From Perkinsela sp. CCAP 1560/9 (lineage: Eukaryota; Protista; Euglenozoa: Kinetoplastea), in contig CBFFSA010000001.1 in the NCBI GenBank assembly GCA_965644495.1, positions 248,001-312,000 of the forward strand: a DNA stretch of 64,000 bases, written 5' to 3'. A program made the position numbers and the translations under genes. Below, piece by piece: positions 30,186 to 41,190 of this stretch; the first letter of the stretch is position 1, and each line of letters starts with the position of its first letter. The notes under the pieces are model-generated. The model was not told the DNA's origin. It did not search any database and worked only from the letters and a program-made list of their open reading frames with translations.

Positions 30186-31856
30186 ATGTTTGCGGAGGAA
30201 CGTTCCCAATTCGTACGCGAAGTTATAGGCTTTAAAGGAAACGTAGAAGTACACAGCAAAAAGCTTATTGCAACTGATGAAGAGTTTAATAGCTCTACGA
30301 ACTATGTTCTTATAGGAACGAAAAAGAATTTATGCGAAGAATCTTTCTTTGCATCTTTGCCAGCATTTATACAGGAGGAAAAGGATCTGTACACGCACAT
30401 CGTTCACAAGACCGAGGTAAAATCTTCTCAAAAATTCTACTTGAAAAAGAACCATGAATCATTCATATGTGTAACAATCCTTTGTATTTCGGATGAAAGC
30501 TCGAGAAATAATTGTCCTTCACGTCCTGATATTGTCACTTCCCTCCTCAGGTCATCGAATGTAGGAGATTCCGGCACGAATGGAACTTCTTCTGAAGTTT
30601 CTTGTGCACCAAAAAGTTGTGTTGTACTTTGTGCCTGTATAGTCCCTCACTTGTCCGAAGACTCTCAAACAACGCCGTACCTCAGTCTTGTATGTGCCGT
30701 GGCGAAGAGTTTCTCGCGATTTTCTGTCAAAGGTAAAGAGAACGCTTTTCTAGAAAAGAAATCTCCAGCACGCGTGCTACTAGGCCTTATTAATATTGGG
30801 AACTCCACGTCAGCGGAGGACAGCACTCCGAACTGTGCTGCACTGAATCACGCCGCGTATGCATGCCAATTATGCATGATTCTAGGTGATGCTCCCCCCA
30901 ATTTACTTGATACTACGACATTCTCTGAAATCATACAAGGCCTCTCCGGGACGCATGGATTTCACGTGAGGCAAAACATTGCGGGGGAGGACTTAATCCC
31001 AGCGAAGCTCACCGGGCTGTACAACGTAGGGAAGGCCGCCACAGAGCCCCCACGGTTTCTGGTTCTGGAACATCAAGGAGGGGAGGAATCTGAAAAGCCT
31101 GTGGTGTTCGTTGGCAAAGGCATCATATACGACGCAGGTGGGTTAGCAATTAAGCCTGCTGCAAATATGGTCAACATGAAATGCGACATGTGTGGAGCGG
31201 CTGCTGCGTTTTGTGCGTTTCTAGCAGCTGCACTGAGCAAATCGTCGCAGCGAGCCTACTCTGTACTTTCTTTGGCAGAAAATGCCGTGGGGCCTCTTTC
31301 CTATCGCAACGATGACATTATCAAACTGCATTGTGGTCTCAGCGTGGAGGTAAATAACACCGACGCGGAGGGAAGAATTGTACTTGCGGACGCCATATCC
31401 TACGCAACAACGCATCTTGACCCTTCCTTGATCATCGACCTGGCTACGCTAACGGGTGCTCAGAGTTTTGCTACAGGTGTCAAACATAGCGGAATCTACA
31501 CAAATTTGGACACAACAGAACGAGATGTTTTTCGTGCTGGAAGACAGAGTGGAGATTTGTGCTTCCCATTTTTGTACTGCCCAGAGTTCCTGGACGATCA
31601 GTTTGACAGCAAAGTTGCAGATCTGAAAAACAGCGTTAAAGATCGTGCTACAGCATCATCGGCTGCTGCAGGTCGATTCTTAGAAAAGGCTTTGAATAAA
31701 CAATACAAAGGTCCCTTTGTGCATCTAGATATTGCAGCTCCAGCTTTTCGTTCCGATCGAGCCACTGGGTATGGTGTGGCCCTGTTGCTAGAGTTGTGCT
31801 TTAAAAAGGATTTTTCGAATTTAATGCGACCCGCCAAGCTGTTGAAAAGGTCTTAG
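30186..31856 (+). CDS. M17 leucyl aminopeptidase (NPEPL1-like)
   Basis: VGKGIIYDAGG, MKCDMCG, NTDAEGRIVLAD, DLATLTGA and HLDIA motifs. Confidence 0.93.
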   Translation: MFAEERSQFVREVIGFKGNVEVHSKKLIATDEEFNSSTNYVLIGTKKNLCEESFFASLPAFIQEEKDLYTHIVHKTEVKSSQKFYLKKNHESFICVTILCISDESSRNNCPSRPDIVTSLLRSSNVGDSGTNGTSSEVSCAPKSCVVLCACIVPHLSEDSQTTPYLSLVCAVAKSFSRFSVKGKENAFLEKKSPARVLLGLINIGNSTSAEDSTPNCAALNHAAYACQLCMILGDAPPNLLDTTTFSEIIQGLSGTHGFHVRQNIAGEDLIPAKLTGLYNVGKAATEPPRFLVLEHQGGEESEKPVVFVGKGIIYDAGGLAIKPAANMVNMKCDMCGAAAAFCAFLAAALSKSSQRAYSVLSLAENAVGPLSYRNDDIIKLHCGLSVEVNNTDAEGRIVLADAISYATTHLDPSLIIDLATLTGAQSFATGVKHSGIYTNLDTTERDVFRAGRQSGDLCFPFLYCPEFLDDQFDSKVADLKNSVKDRATASSAAAGRFLEKALNKQYKGPFVHLDIAAPAFRSDRATGYGVALLLELCFKKDFSNLMRPAKLLKRS

Positions 31857-32479
31857 CTCTAGCACGAGAGGTTTTTTTACAGTCGCTTCCTTCTTTTTTA
31901 TCGAAATCGGAAGTTCCAAATATTATGAATCGTAAGTGTGCGAAGCACAGACGTGTAATTCCACGTAGGTAAGTTTCGTAAGCAGTTGGTCTATGTTTGT
32001 TTCATATTCTAAAATGAGGTTAAAACGATTTGGAGCTGGACGAAGTCGCTGCATCTCCTGGCAGTTTTGATAGAATCTGTTCTGATATTAGGTTCAACTT
32101 TCAAATATTGACACATTGCTTAACGTGCTAATGTGTTCTTTAAAAGCTATTTATATTCAATTGTTTTGATAAGCAGTACAGAAAAAACTGCGAGTTTCGA
32201 AATTATTGTAATATTCTTGTAATGACTTGATGTCCTTAAAGAACATCCACGAAAGAGTTTGGAATGTAAAAATGACTCATTTTAAGTGAATGTGTTTCAA
32301 AAACAATCAGCGAAACAGTTTCTCTCATCAACTAATTGCAATTTGTTTTATAAAGGGTTTTCTTTTTTCGATGAAGCTAATGTAATGTCTCCGTATAACT
32401 CGTTTTCCAAGCCGCGCATGTTTTCCTGTTAAAGAACGGGCGTGAGGTATCAGACTTTTGGGAACTTTTAAACTTCGAA

Positions 32480-35400
32480 ATGAACGGTGCAATTGACGTT
32501 AATGTTACGATTCAAGGAACTGGTGAAAAGAATATCGAATCAAGTTCAAAGACGAACTACATACGGACAACAAAATACACCCTATGGAGCTTTCTTCCTT
32601 TGCAGATATACCACCAGCTATGTATTTTGTCCAATATTTTCTTCTTGTTGACTAGTGTTTTAGCTTTTCTTCCCGGTATATCTCCTCTAGATCCTATCAC
32701 GGCAACGTTACCGCTTATATTTGTTCTTGTGGTTGCAATTTTGCGAAATGCTTATGAGGAATATCAACGTTACCGAGCAGACAAATCAGCCAATTCGGCA
32801 CCCATTTCTCTCTTCTCGCGACAACTTCAGAGCAGTGAAGCCGAGTTGAACTTGCCTCTTAATCACAATCTGTATCATGCTTCCTCATCTGATTTGCGGG
32901 TGGGAGACGTCATTCTTCTCCGAAAAAATGAAGAAATTATGGCTGACGTTGCCATGCTTTACTCTTCTGGAAACGATAACATCGCTTATATTGACACATC
33001 CCATTTAGACGGGGAGGCTACAGTTAAGCTTCGTAGAGGAAAAAAGTGGTTTAACGATAAGATGCTTTCGTACTCAAGTAAAGTATTCGAAGACAATTCA
33101 CATTCGAATGCAAACAAGGAGTACGGGGATTTCCCGACAGAATTACAACTAAAACAGCTTTATGAAGTATTGCACTCATGCTCTATGAGGTTTCGCGTCG
33201 AAGCCCCGAGTCCAACATTAATGTTTTGGAATGGTCTTCTTGAAGCACAAGGTAAAACCTTCTCTCTCACAGTGGAAAATTTGTTATACCGCGGATCTGT
33301 TTTACGGCACACGTCTTGGGTCGTCGGTGTCGTCGTATACACCGGATGGGATACCAAACTGTTCCGAAATCTAAAGCCCTCACGTCCTCCAAAAGTCTCA
33401 TCTCTAGACAAGAAATTAAATTTTACACTTGCATTTATTCTTCTGCTCCATCAAATCTTGCTTACAGCCCTTGCGTTAACTGCCGCAAAGAAGGAGAGTG
33501 TTATGTCAACGAATGCCTGGTATATCTACCCGACGGGTGAGGCACATAATATCATGAATCGAAATGCTTTCGTCGATTTTATTTCCCGATACATGACGTA
33601 CTTTGTGCTTTTGAGTTACATGATACCAGTTTCACTTTTCGTTACCCTCGAAGTATGCAAAGCGGTACAAGGTTATTACATAAATCAAGATCCGGAGTTA
33701 TCATTTTGTGACAAAGTTTCTGGATACACAAGACAATCTCTCGCCCGTACGACGAACCTGAATGAACAGCTCAGTCAAGTTAAGCATGTATTTACGGATA
33801 AGACTGGAACCCTCACTGAAAATGTAATGCATTACGTAGGTGGGACTATTCAAAATGCATATTGCATGGAAACTGTCAGCAGAGCTTCCTCTAGGAGAGA
33901 TACGAATGATTCTGGAGGACGTTCCCCAGGTGGTTCAGTGCGTTCTCCGGCCAATAATTCCATTCTTATACGTCCTGATAGAAATCTCTCGATAGGAAAG
34001 CTTTTGAGGACTCCAAGCACCTTCAAGCACTCTCCATTACCCATGAATGACACGATATTTGAATCTCCGATAAAAATCACGATCGCATGCGAGAGCTTGT
34101 ATTGGCGATCCCTAGCACTCTGCAATCAGGTGCTGCCATTACCAAAGGGATTAAATCGTGCTGTTCTTCAAGAAAACAAGAACTCGTCCTCGCTACCTGA
34201 CAGGAGAATTTTTCGCGCTCTCTTTCGGCTTTGGGATATTTTTCTACAAATAGCAGGTGTGAGTACTTACAAGCGCCATGAGGAAACAGTACATCAATCG
34301 CTGCCTTCTACAGAGGATCTAAAGGACGAGCGTTACCCCCGAGAGTTAGCATTTGAGGGGCATTCTCCGGATGAGATAGCGCTAGTCAAAGGAGCGGCTA
34401 ACCATGGCGTAACTCTCATACATCGAGATGAATTTATAAGTACCATAGCGGTGGAAGCTGGTGAAATTTGGGAGAATTCTCCAGTTTTTGAAGCACATGA
34501 AAAAAGAATTAACGGTCAGATCGAAAGTGCTGCAGCATTCCTTAGCTCGAGTTTTTCATACAAATTTGAAAAGTATGTACGAGAGGCGGAACTTGAGTTT
34601 ACCCCTCAGCGGAAGATGATGTCCACTGTGTTAAGAGACCCGAACGGTCGTCTGATTATGTTTACTAAAGGAGCCGATAGTTCCGTGTTACCGATCATTT
34701 TTCCTTGTGAAAATGAAGAACACCCATCCCCACAGGGTAGAGCAATTGACGTAACAAGACAGGCGCTTCATGAATTTGGCACTTGTGGACTCCGAACTTT
34801 GGTTTTCGCATACAAATATCTTGAAGAGGATGATTTTTCTATATGGGATGCCTCCTACCAGGATGCTCTTCAAACACTTGACACTGTAGAGCGTCAAGAA
34901 AAAATAGATCTTTGCTGCAAGAGTCTCGAAAAGGATATGTCATTACTTGGAACAACGGCAATAGAAGATAGATTACAGGACGGGGTCCCAGAGACAATAA
35001 AATCTCTAAGGCAAGCAGGAATCGATGTGTGGTTATTGACAGGTGATATGCGTGAAACTGCACTCAATGTAGCATCACAGAGTGGTTTGGTGAATTGGGA
35101 AACGGATGACATCATTCACGTTGGAGCCGAAAATTCAAAGCACGAAAGCATGTCAAAAAAAATTGAACCGCTTTTGCCGCAAGAAAGAAACGGGAATGAG
35201 TGCTCTTTTGATGGTGTTCAGAAACAATTAGAAGATATTTGCAAGACGTATCCTGTTCGCTCCATAAACAAGTGTCAAATTTACGACGAAGATCTGTCCT
35301 ACGTAGATGACGAGCTGCAGACATGTTTAAGAGGTGTTTGTCTCGTGGTTAATGGACCATCAGTGCAATTTATTATCGAAAATCATTTAGAGCTTCTCCT

Positions 35401-36499
35401 TGACGTGAGCCGCCGTATTAGTTCAGTTGTATGCTGTAGACTAACTCCACTTCAAAAATCCAGTCTTGTCCGTGCAATCCAAAGAGGATTACATACGCCA
35501 GCACAAGGCAAACGTAGATTTTCTCTCGATCAGACTTGCGAACCTTCTAGTACCCCTTGTCCCCTTCATTGGCATCTATTCAAGAGGTTCATGAATCGAA
35601 TAAAAAGAATTATTGACCTAATCTTTCTTTATTATGAGCGTCATATTACAAGTTCTGACGTCACAGCCATTGCCGTTGGGGATGGCGCCAACGATGTAAG
35701 CATGATACAAGAAGCCAAGGTTGGCATTGGCATTATGGGTCGTGAAGGTTCACAAGCTGTCTTAGCCTCTGATTATGCACTTCCTCGATTTCGGCACTTG
35801 AAGAGACTTTTGTTCGTACATGGTCGCTACGCGCTGTATCGCAACGCTACCTGTATTGGGTACTCTTTCTACAAAAACCTTCTACTTTCTTTCTGTCAAA
35901 TTTTTTATGCGTGGTTTGCAGCATGTAGCGGGACGACAATGTTTGACTCGTGGCTTCTCGTCTTCTTTAATCTTTTCTTTACCTCTCTCATTCCTCTTTC
36001 TATGGGAATGTGGCAAAAGGATCACCCTGAAGTTCTCCTTGAAAGTTACCCAAGCTTGTACGTTCCTCTGCGGGAAAAGCAGCAATACTTTAATATCGAA
36101 TCTATGATTCTATTCTGGTTATCAACCGCAGTTTTTCAAGCGCTGGTTGTGTTTGGTCTATGCTACGCTTTCATGCAACATGATGGCTTGGACTCGGCCC
36201 ATTCGTTGACATTGCAACATTATGGAACTATGGTCTTTTGCACGCTACTTGTGCTAATCCACATCCAAGCCCTTACTTACGCCAGAAAACAAGATAAAAA
36301 GCATGTCTATACGATAATAGGAAGTTTCTTAATTTGTATAGCTGTGCTTTTGTTGTACACGAATATGCCAGTTATGACACACACCGCCAGTTTTGTATCC
36401 ATTCTCACACAACTCTCGCGACCTTTTTCAATGGTCCCATTTCTTACAACAGTACTAGGCGCACTTTTAGTTGTATTTCTCGGACCTCATTTGACATAA
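32480..36499 (+). CDS. P4-type phospholipid-transporting ATPase (flippase)
   Basis: NYIRTTKYT, DGE, IPVSL, FTDKTGTLT, SPDEIALV, KGADS, GLRTL, EDRLQDGVP, GDGANDV and FYKN motifs. Confidence 0.95.
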   Translation: MNGAIDVNVTIQGTGEKNIESSSKTNYIRTTKYTLWSFLPLQIYHQLCILSNIFFLLTSVLAFLPGISPLDPITATLPLIFVLVVAILRNAYEEYQRYRADKSANSAPISLFSRQLQSSEAELNLPLNHNLYHASSSDLRVGDVILLRKNEEIMADVAMLYSSGNDNIAYIDTSHLDGEATVKLRRGKKWFNDKMLSYSSKVFEDNSHSNANKEYGDFPTELQLKQLYEVLHSCSMRFRVEAPSPTLMFWNGLLEAQGKTFSLTVENLLYRGSVLRHTSWVVGVVVYTGWDTKLFRNLKPSRPPKVSSLDKKLNFTLAFILLLHQILLTALALTAAKKESVMSTNAWYIYPTGEAHNIMNRNAFVDFISRYMTYFVLLSYMIPVSLFVTLEVCKAVQGYYINQDPELSFCDKVSGYTRQSLARTTNLNEQLSQVKHVFTDKTGTLTENVMHYVGGTIQNAYCMETVSRASSRRDTNDSGGRSPGGSVRSPANNSILIRPDRNLSIGKLLRTPSTFKHSPLPMNDTIFESPIKITIACESLYWRSLALCNQVLPLPKGLNRAVLQENKNSSSLPDRRIFRALFRLWDIFLQIAGVSTYKRHEETVHQSLPSTEDLKDERYPRELAFEGHSPDEIALVKGAANHGVTLIHRDEFISTIAVEAGEIWENSPVFEAHEKRINGQIESAAAFLSSSFSYKFEKYVREAELEFTPQRKMMSTVLRDPNGRLIMFTKGADSSVLPIIFPCENEEHPSPQGRAIDVTRQALHEFGTCGLRTLVFAYKYLEEDDFSIWDASYQDALQTLDTVERQEKIDLCCKSLEKDMSLLGTTAIEDRLQDGVPETIKSLRQAGIDVWLLTGDMRETALNVASQSGLVNWETDDIIHVGAENSKHESMSKKIEPLLPQERNGNECSFDGVQKQLEDICKTYPVRSINKCQIYDEDLSYVDDELQTCLRGVCLVVNGPSVQFIIENHLELLLDVSRRISSVVCCRLTPLQKSSLVRAIQRGLHTPAQGKRRFSLDQTCEPSSTPCPLHWHLFKRFMNRIKRIIDLIFLYYERHITSSDVTAIAVGDGANDVSMIQEAKVGIGIMGREGSQAVLASDYALPRFRHLKRLLFVHGRYALYRNATCIGYSFYKNLLLSFCQIFYAWFAACSGTTMFDSWLLVFFNLFFTSLIPLSMGMWQKDHPEVLLESYPSLYVPLREKQQYFNIESMILFWLSTAVFQALVVFGLCYAFMQHDGLDSAHSLTLQHYGTMVFCTLLVLIHIQALTYARKQDKKHVYTIIGSFLICIAVLLLYTNMPVMTHTASFVSILTQLSRPFSMVPFLTTVLGALLVVFLGPHLT

Positions 36500-36856
36500 A
36501 TCGTACAAAATGTTGGAATTTAAAGGCATCTTAAATTTTAACACCCAAATTCCTGCAGTAGGCTTCTCCTCACCTCCAGTATCGACATCTCTACGGGCTT
36601 AGATTAGAGACTCTAACTCTTAGAGAGAACTCTTAACTTCTACATTAGAGACTGTAAGAGTACAGAATTTTGAGTGCACTCTTATTTGTGACGCAAAAAC
36701 TCGTGACACGAAGCAATTGAAACATATTACCATATCGTCCACAATGATATTATTTAATCACGGTGGTTGAGTTCAACTAACAATGTGTTCTTAACTTCAA
36801 CAATGCGGTCAACTAACAATTTTTCGTTCAAAACAATGAAGCGGAAGTTTTCCACA

Positions 36857-36958
36857 GTGCGGCAGTTTTCCACAGGACAAACGGTATTTCCACCTTTTTA
36901 GGCGCCTGTCTTCATGCCATAAGGGAGACACCGTTTTTCCTGTGGAAAATTGCCGCAC
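36857..36958. repeat. Short inverted-repeat (mini-MITE-like) element with 35-bp arms
   Basis: GTGCGGCAGTTTTCCACAGGACAAACGGTATTTCC (36857-91) vs revcomp of 36924-58, 31/35 identical. Confidence 0.65.
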
Positions 36959-37369
36959 CTACACTATTGGTATCTCCCTCGTCCACTTTACCTTGGGTTA
37001 TACAGTAAAAACATGTTACCTAGGACTCCTTACAGCTTCCCACGCGAGGAAGTCGTCGTCTCCGCCTTCTGCCTTTTTGCCTTGCGCCTCCTCCTTCCTC
37101 TACGGCCTTTCGTATCCCACGCTTCCAGCTGAAAAAAGAATACATACAATATGTATACACGGATACATATACGCATGTGGCAAATTGGGGTTTGAAAAAC
37201 GTTTCCGAAGAAAGGGGTCTCGAGTCGTCCAAACGGTACGTTTTTCGTTCTTAAAACTATCAGTGTATGGTCTTGCCTTAGATTCTTTGCGAAAAAACTT
37301 TTTCCCAAAAATGTTTTGTCGGGCGAAAATTATTAATATAGGATAGCGAGGGAGTAGTATCTCCCTCAA

Positions 37370-37960
37370 TTAAGTAGCTTTAGAAGTAAACGTTGGAGAA
37401 TTACATGGCAAAGTAGGTTCTTTTTTTTCATGTGAGGGGCACCTGAATGTTTTTTCGTCCGTCCAAATAATTTTGGACGTTTGGCTGCCATTCAATCCTT
37501 CAAAGTAATCAGCCAACCTTAAACGATTTTCTTTGTGTTGTGGAGTTAGCATTGGTTTGCGGCTGAATACTTTAATGTATCCCATGCTTTTTTAAAATTC
37601 TTCCCACAGTTTTCAAGCTGCACGGGAATCCATTTTTATCAATCATTCGAAACATCCATTTAAACTCTGGGCAATCAAATATCGTCGTGTTCTTCAAGTA
37701 GCTTCTTGTTCTTTTTTTCCACGAGGCCAGCAAGCATCTGTCGAAACCCGTCAGTATCACAAGTGTTTTCGCGTGTGTACCTCTTTCGCTTTACACCGTG
37801 TTGTACACCAGCCGTTTCTCTAAAACGATGTTACATCAAGCGCGATACAGAAGTATGGGAACAGTTCATCATTTGAACGGTTTCGCGCAAAGAGGCCCCT
37901 TGGTCCACCTCGTGAGCACAAACCAACCTAGTGACATAAGGGTGGAATCGAACTATTTTC
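37370..37960 (-). pseudogene. Tc1/mariner transposase pseudogene, related to the 7913-8671 element
   Basis: TRLVCAHEVDQGASLRETVQMMNCSHTSVSR (HTH, matches 8170-8320), CSLKTVGRILKK / MGYIKVFSRKPMLTPQHKENRLRLA...IIWTDEKTF; contains stops and a frameshift. Confidence 0.85.
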
Positions 37961-38299
37961 GACTTTTCTCCACGAGAGATAACAGCAAATCACCTTATCA
38001 CAATATCTCTTACCTGTTCAAAGCACGTGATCAAGAGGGGTACTGTATGAGGGGGGTATCATTTGGTTTTTGTGGTAAGTTTTATGTGCGCGATCTGTCG
38101 TTTTTCTACCGATACGCTTCTTCCTTTTTGACGCATTTCCCTTCTTTACCTAGTATTTTTTGACGACCCCTTTCGATCTAGACTTCCAGAAAAAAACAAA
38201 TTCAAAATACGCTTCTCTATTTCGAATGCGATCAATTAAATTACAGTGTTGTATTTAATTACCATCGTATTTAATTACGGATATATAATTACGGATTTT

Positions 38300-38959
38300 T
38301 TCGGCCGTAAAAATAACACGGGCAGTATCGAATTTGTAATTCAAAGCAAATTGAACTCTTTTTTGCTTTTGTCGTTCGGTAAGCCCTTGGCATACTGGGC
38401 GAGCGGCATAATTGTAATCCAGCGATGCTAGATCTCGCTTTACAGTGCTTTGCGAAACTTGTATACCTTTTTTACACAGTTGGCCTTTTATACGCCTTGA
38501 AGAATTGAATTTTGGTACCCCAGCGGGGTCGAGAGGAGCCAATATCTTTTCAATTTTCTTTTTGCGAGATTCGATTTTTTTAATGGTCACAGGACTCATA
38601 GTGTATTCCCCGCTACATTTTTTTTCGTTCAGATATTTTTTGATTATCCTTCTAAGGACGTTAAAATCACGGGATAATTGTTTTATCGGAACACCTTCTC
38701 CCCGTCTCATCTTCAGAAGAACCTTGCCACTATCCGTAAGCCCCCCTTTTGGGAGCCGATATGGTGATTTGGTCATTTTTCGAAAAAAAAAGTTGAAAAA
38801 CCAATATTTTTTTTTGACTAAATTTTAAAATTTTAAAATGAGCTAAAAACAGCGGGAACGTACAGATCTCTAAATTTTGAACGAAAAAGTGGTATGATAA
38901 CCCACCCATGCCCCCCTGTGCTAAAAATAAGGGGGGTCACTTATTCGTGAGCGGGGGTT
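38300..38959 (-). pseudogene. 5' part of a Tc1-like element with AACCCCCG terminus and truncated transposase (ORF 38255..38776)
   Basis: HTH, VSQSTVKRDL...LTERQKQKRVQFA...VIFTAEK (first catalytic D replaced by A); terminus TA|AACCCCCGCTC at 38959-38961. Confidence 0.75.
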
Positions 38960-39010
38960 TATAAACTGCTATATATTACGAACATGTGCTGTCAAAAAAC
39001 AAGCCCGCAT

Positions 39011-39192
39011 GGCACTCATCCTAGTTATGTAGTACCTTGTTATATTTGGTACCGGATGGTGCCACCATCAAAACAATGTCAGTCAATAGCAGAGGAGAAG
39101 GAGAGAAGAGAAGAACGGATGTATTATAAAAACGGCCATATCACTCACCCTAGTTGTTTTGTACCCTGTTATATTTGGTACCGGGTGGTGCC
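39011..39192. repeat. Two 53-bp hairpin units, 129 bp apart, downstream of the retrotransposon ORF
   Basis: 39011-39063 and 39140-39192; stems CAC-T-CA(T/C)CC / GG(A/G)TG-GTG and GTACC/GGTAC. Confidence 0.75.
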
Positions 39193-39375
39193 AAAATCCA
39201 ATTCATAACAACACGAAACCATCATCGGTTCGATCAGAACTGTCAGACAGAACGACTCAACATGCAAAGATTCAATTAATATATCAAACCTTCTGAGTTG
39301 TGTATTTCCTTCGGGATTAATGGCTGAGTCCTCCTTGCCACGGTTCTGTTGGCATATATTGGCGGAGTTGCGAAA

Positions 39376-40173
39376 CTACGTGAAAGCAGCAATTTTTTCG
39401 ATTTCTAGTTGGAAGGAATCGCGCGTGGTTTGATAGTCAAGGTCTGCCCGTTGTGCAAGGGTTTTGATTAAATTCTTCTTATCCTCGTGCATTAAACCAC
39501 AATCAATCACCGCTATGCATCGAAAATAATCTTTATCTAAGCCTTTTTCAACTACGTATTTGCGGTGTTTCCTTTCCACTGCATTTTGCAAGAGAGCCCT
39601 GCTACTGATTTTTTGGTAACTACTGCAACACGCATGGACTATTGTGACGTCGTATAACACTTCCCCAACGTCCGGCCACATTATCTCTAGATCTGGACCC
39701 GATCTTACGCATCTGGCGCGTCACGGGTGTCGTTCCGCTGCTTCGGGCGAGATCGAACATTTGCATTTTGTGCAAAAGAACGATGAATACAGGAGAGGTT
39801 CAACAGCGCATGGAAGACCCGCTTTGGCGCATAAGTTTGATAAGTGCCGTACGATGTGCGAATGCTTCTTGGTACAATTCATCCCGGCGCATCGGGAGCA
39901 TCCTGCGACGTGCGGAGCTATGCTGCTTGACGACTCATTTGTCCCACAACCCGGACACGAAATACTGTTCGGTGCATTCGGAAGCGCAATGGCTAGACGC
40001 ATCATGAGGGTTTGCTGAAAGAGGTATGCGTATATGTAGTTACTGGATGAGAAAAGGTGATAGTTGGATTCTTTGGATCTCTTCATGATGTTTGTAAAAC
40101 GAGGATTTGCACTCAGCTTCTCTTCGGTCACAACGCAAAAAATCTTCAAAAGTTTTTGTTGTGTCTCCATCAT
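39376..40173 (-). pseudogene. 3' remnant of an RLE-type (CRE/SLACS-like) non-LTR retrotransposon: CCHC knuckle plus restriction-like endonuclease
   Basis: CPGCG-x9-HVAGC, KHSHIV (RHN-like), VEP, PDL...YDVTIV...ERKHRKY; the two ORFs are in frame across one TGA at 39721-39723. Confidence 0.8.
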
Positions 40174-40265
40174 GCTTTCACTTTAAAATTCAACTCAGGT
40201 CCGCACATTTACATGACAAAGAACGCACAAGAAGAGACCGAGAAAATGTATAATTTATGACCTAG

Positions 40266-41190
40266 GGTTATAAATGACATTTTATGTACAATGCTTGAGG
40301 ATGAATAACGAGTATATACAGGCCCTAGCCTGTTTAATATGGGCTGGAAGGGCAATGGTAGTCAATGTGGCAAAACTTCGAGGTTTGGCCCACATGCGAC
40401 ACCAAAGTTTTCAAGTCGAAGGCACGTTAAACCCCGCTGAAATCCTGCGGAAACCTTCGGATATGACTGTGTACCGATACAGTCCTCTGCCATCGAAAGA
40501 GAAATTTTACGATTCGTCTTTCGTTCTTCTCCACTTCGTCGCGTGCTTTCTCCTATCACTGAAAGAATGGCTTCAGTCATGGATCCAGCAACTGACTTGA
40601 ACATTGTAGATAGATCCCGAAGATCAGGTACATGTTCAGTAGTGGCTGACTCAGGAGCACCTTGTGAAATACACGCTCCCGGAGGAGACATCGACTCGCT
40701 CGTCTTGAGTTGCGGTAACACACCTGTCACCATACTCATCAGAGCAATAATTTCGTCTTTCGCCTCCTGCGTGATTCTAAGTCGGTTGGCCTCTTCTGCA
40801 GCAATCATCATACCTTGCTGCTCACGAAGCAAAAGAACCGAGTCCAGCAATTCATTGTCTCTTGCCTCCTGTTGCATGGTACGAGCTGCCTTCTTGCGGA
40901 AACTTCCCTTTGAAGAATCACTCTTGCGCTTCGCCATCGAGGATACAAGAAACAAAGTATATCGAAAATAAACACACTTTTCGTTGTTACACTGGTCAGT
41001 CCACCTCTACTTTTTCAATCACAGTCTTCTCAATATTCGTAGGATCTTTTTCTTAAAAGTTTTTTTTCTAGATCCTCGGATCCAGCCACATTGACTACCA
41101 TTGCCCTTCCAGCCCATATTAAACAGGCTAGGGCCTGTATATACTCGTTATTCATCCTCAAGTATTGTACATAAAATGTCATTTATAACC
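40266..41190 (-). mobile_element. Unclassified element with 106-bp near-perfect terminal inverted repeats and a truncated coiled-coil ORF
   Basis: 40266-40371 vs 41085-41190, 105/106 identical; ORF 40362..40955(-) ends inside the ITR; no clear TSD. Confidence 0.85.

Noticed and set aside
39721-39723. In-frame TGA in the retrotransposon ORF as a second selenocysteine codon
   Set aside because: No SECIS-like structure downstream on the minus strand, and the element is truncated with other lesions; a nonsense mutation is simpler
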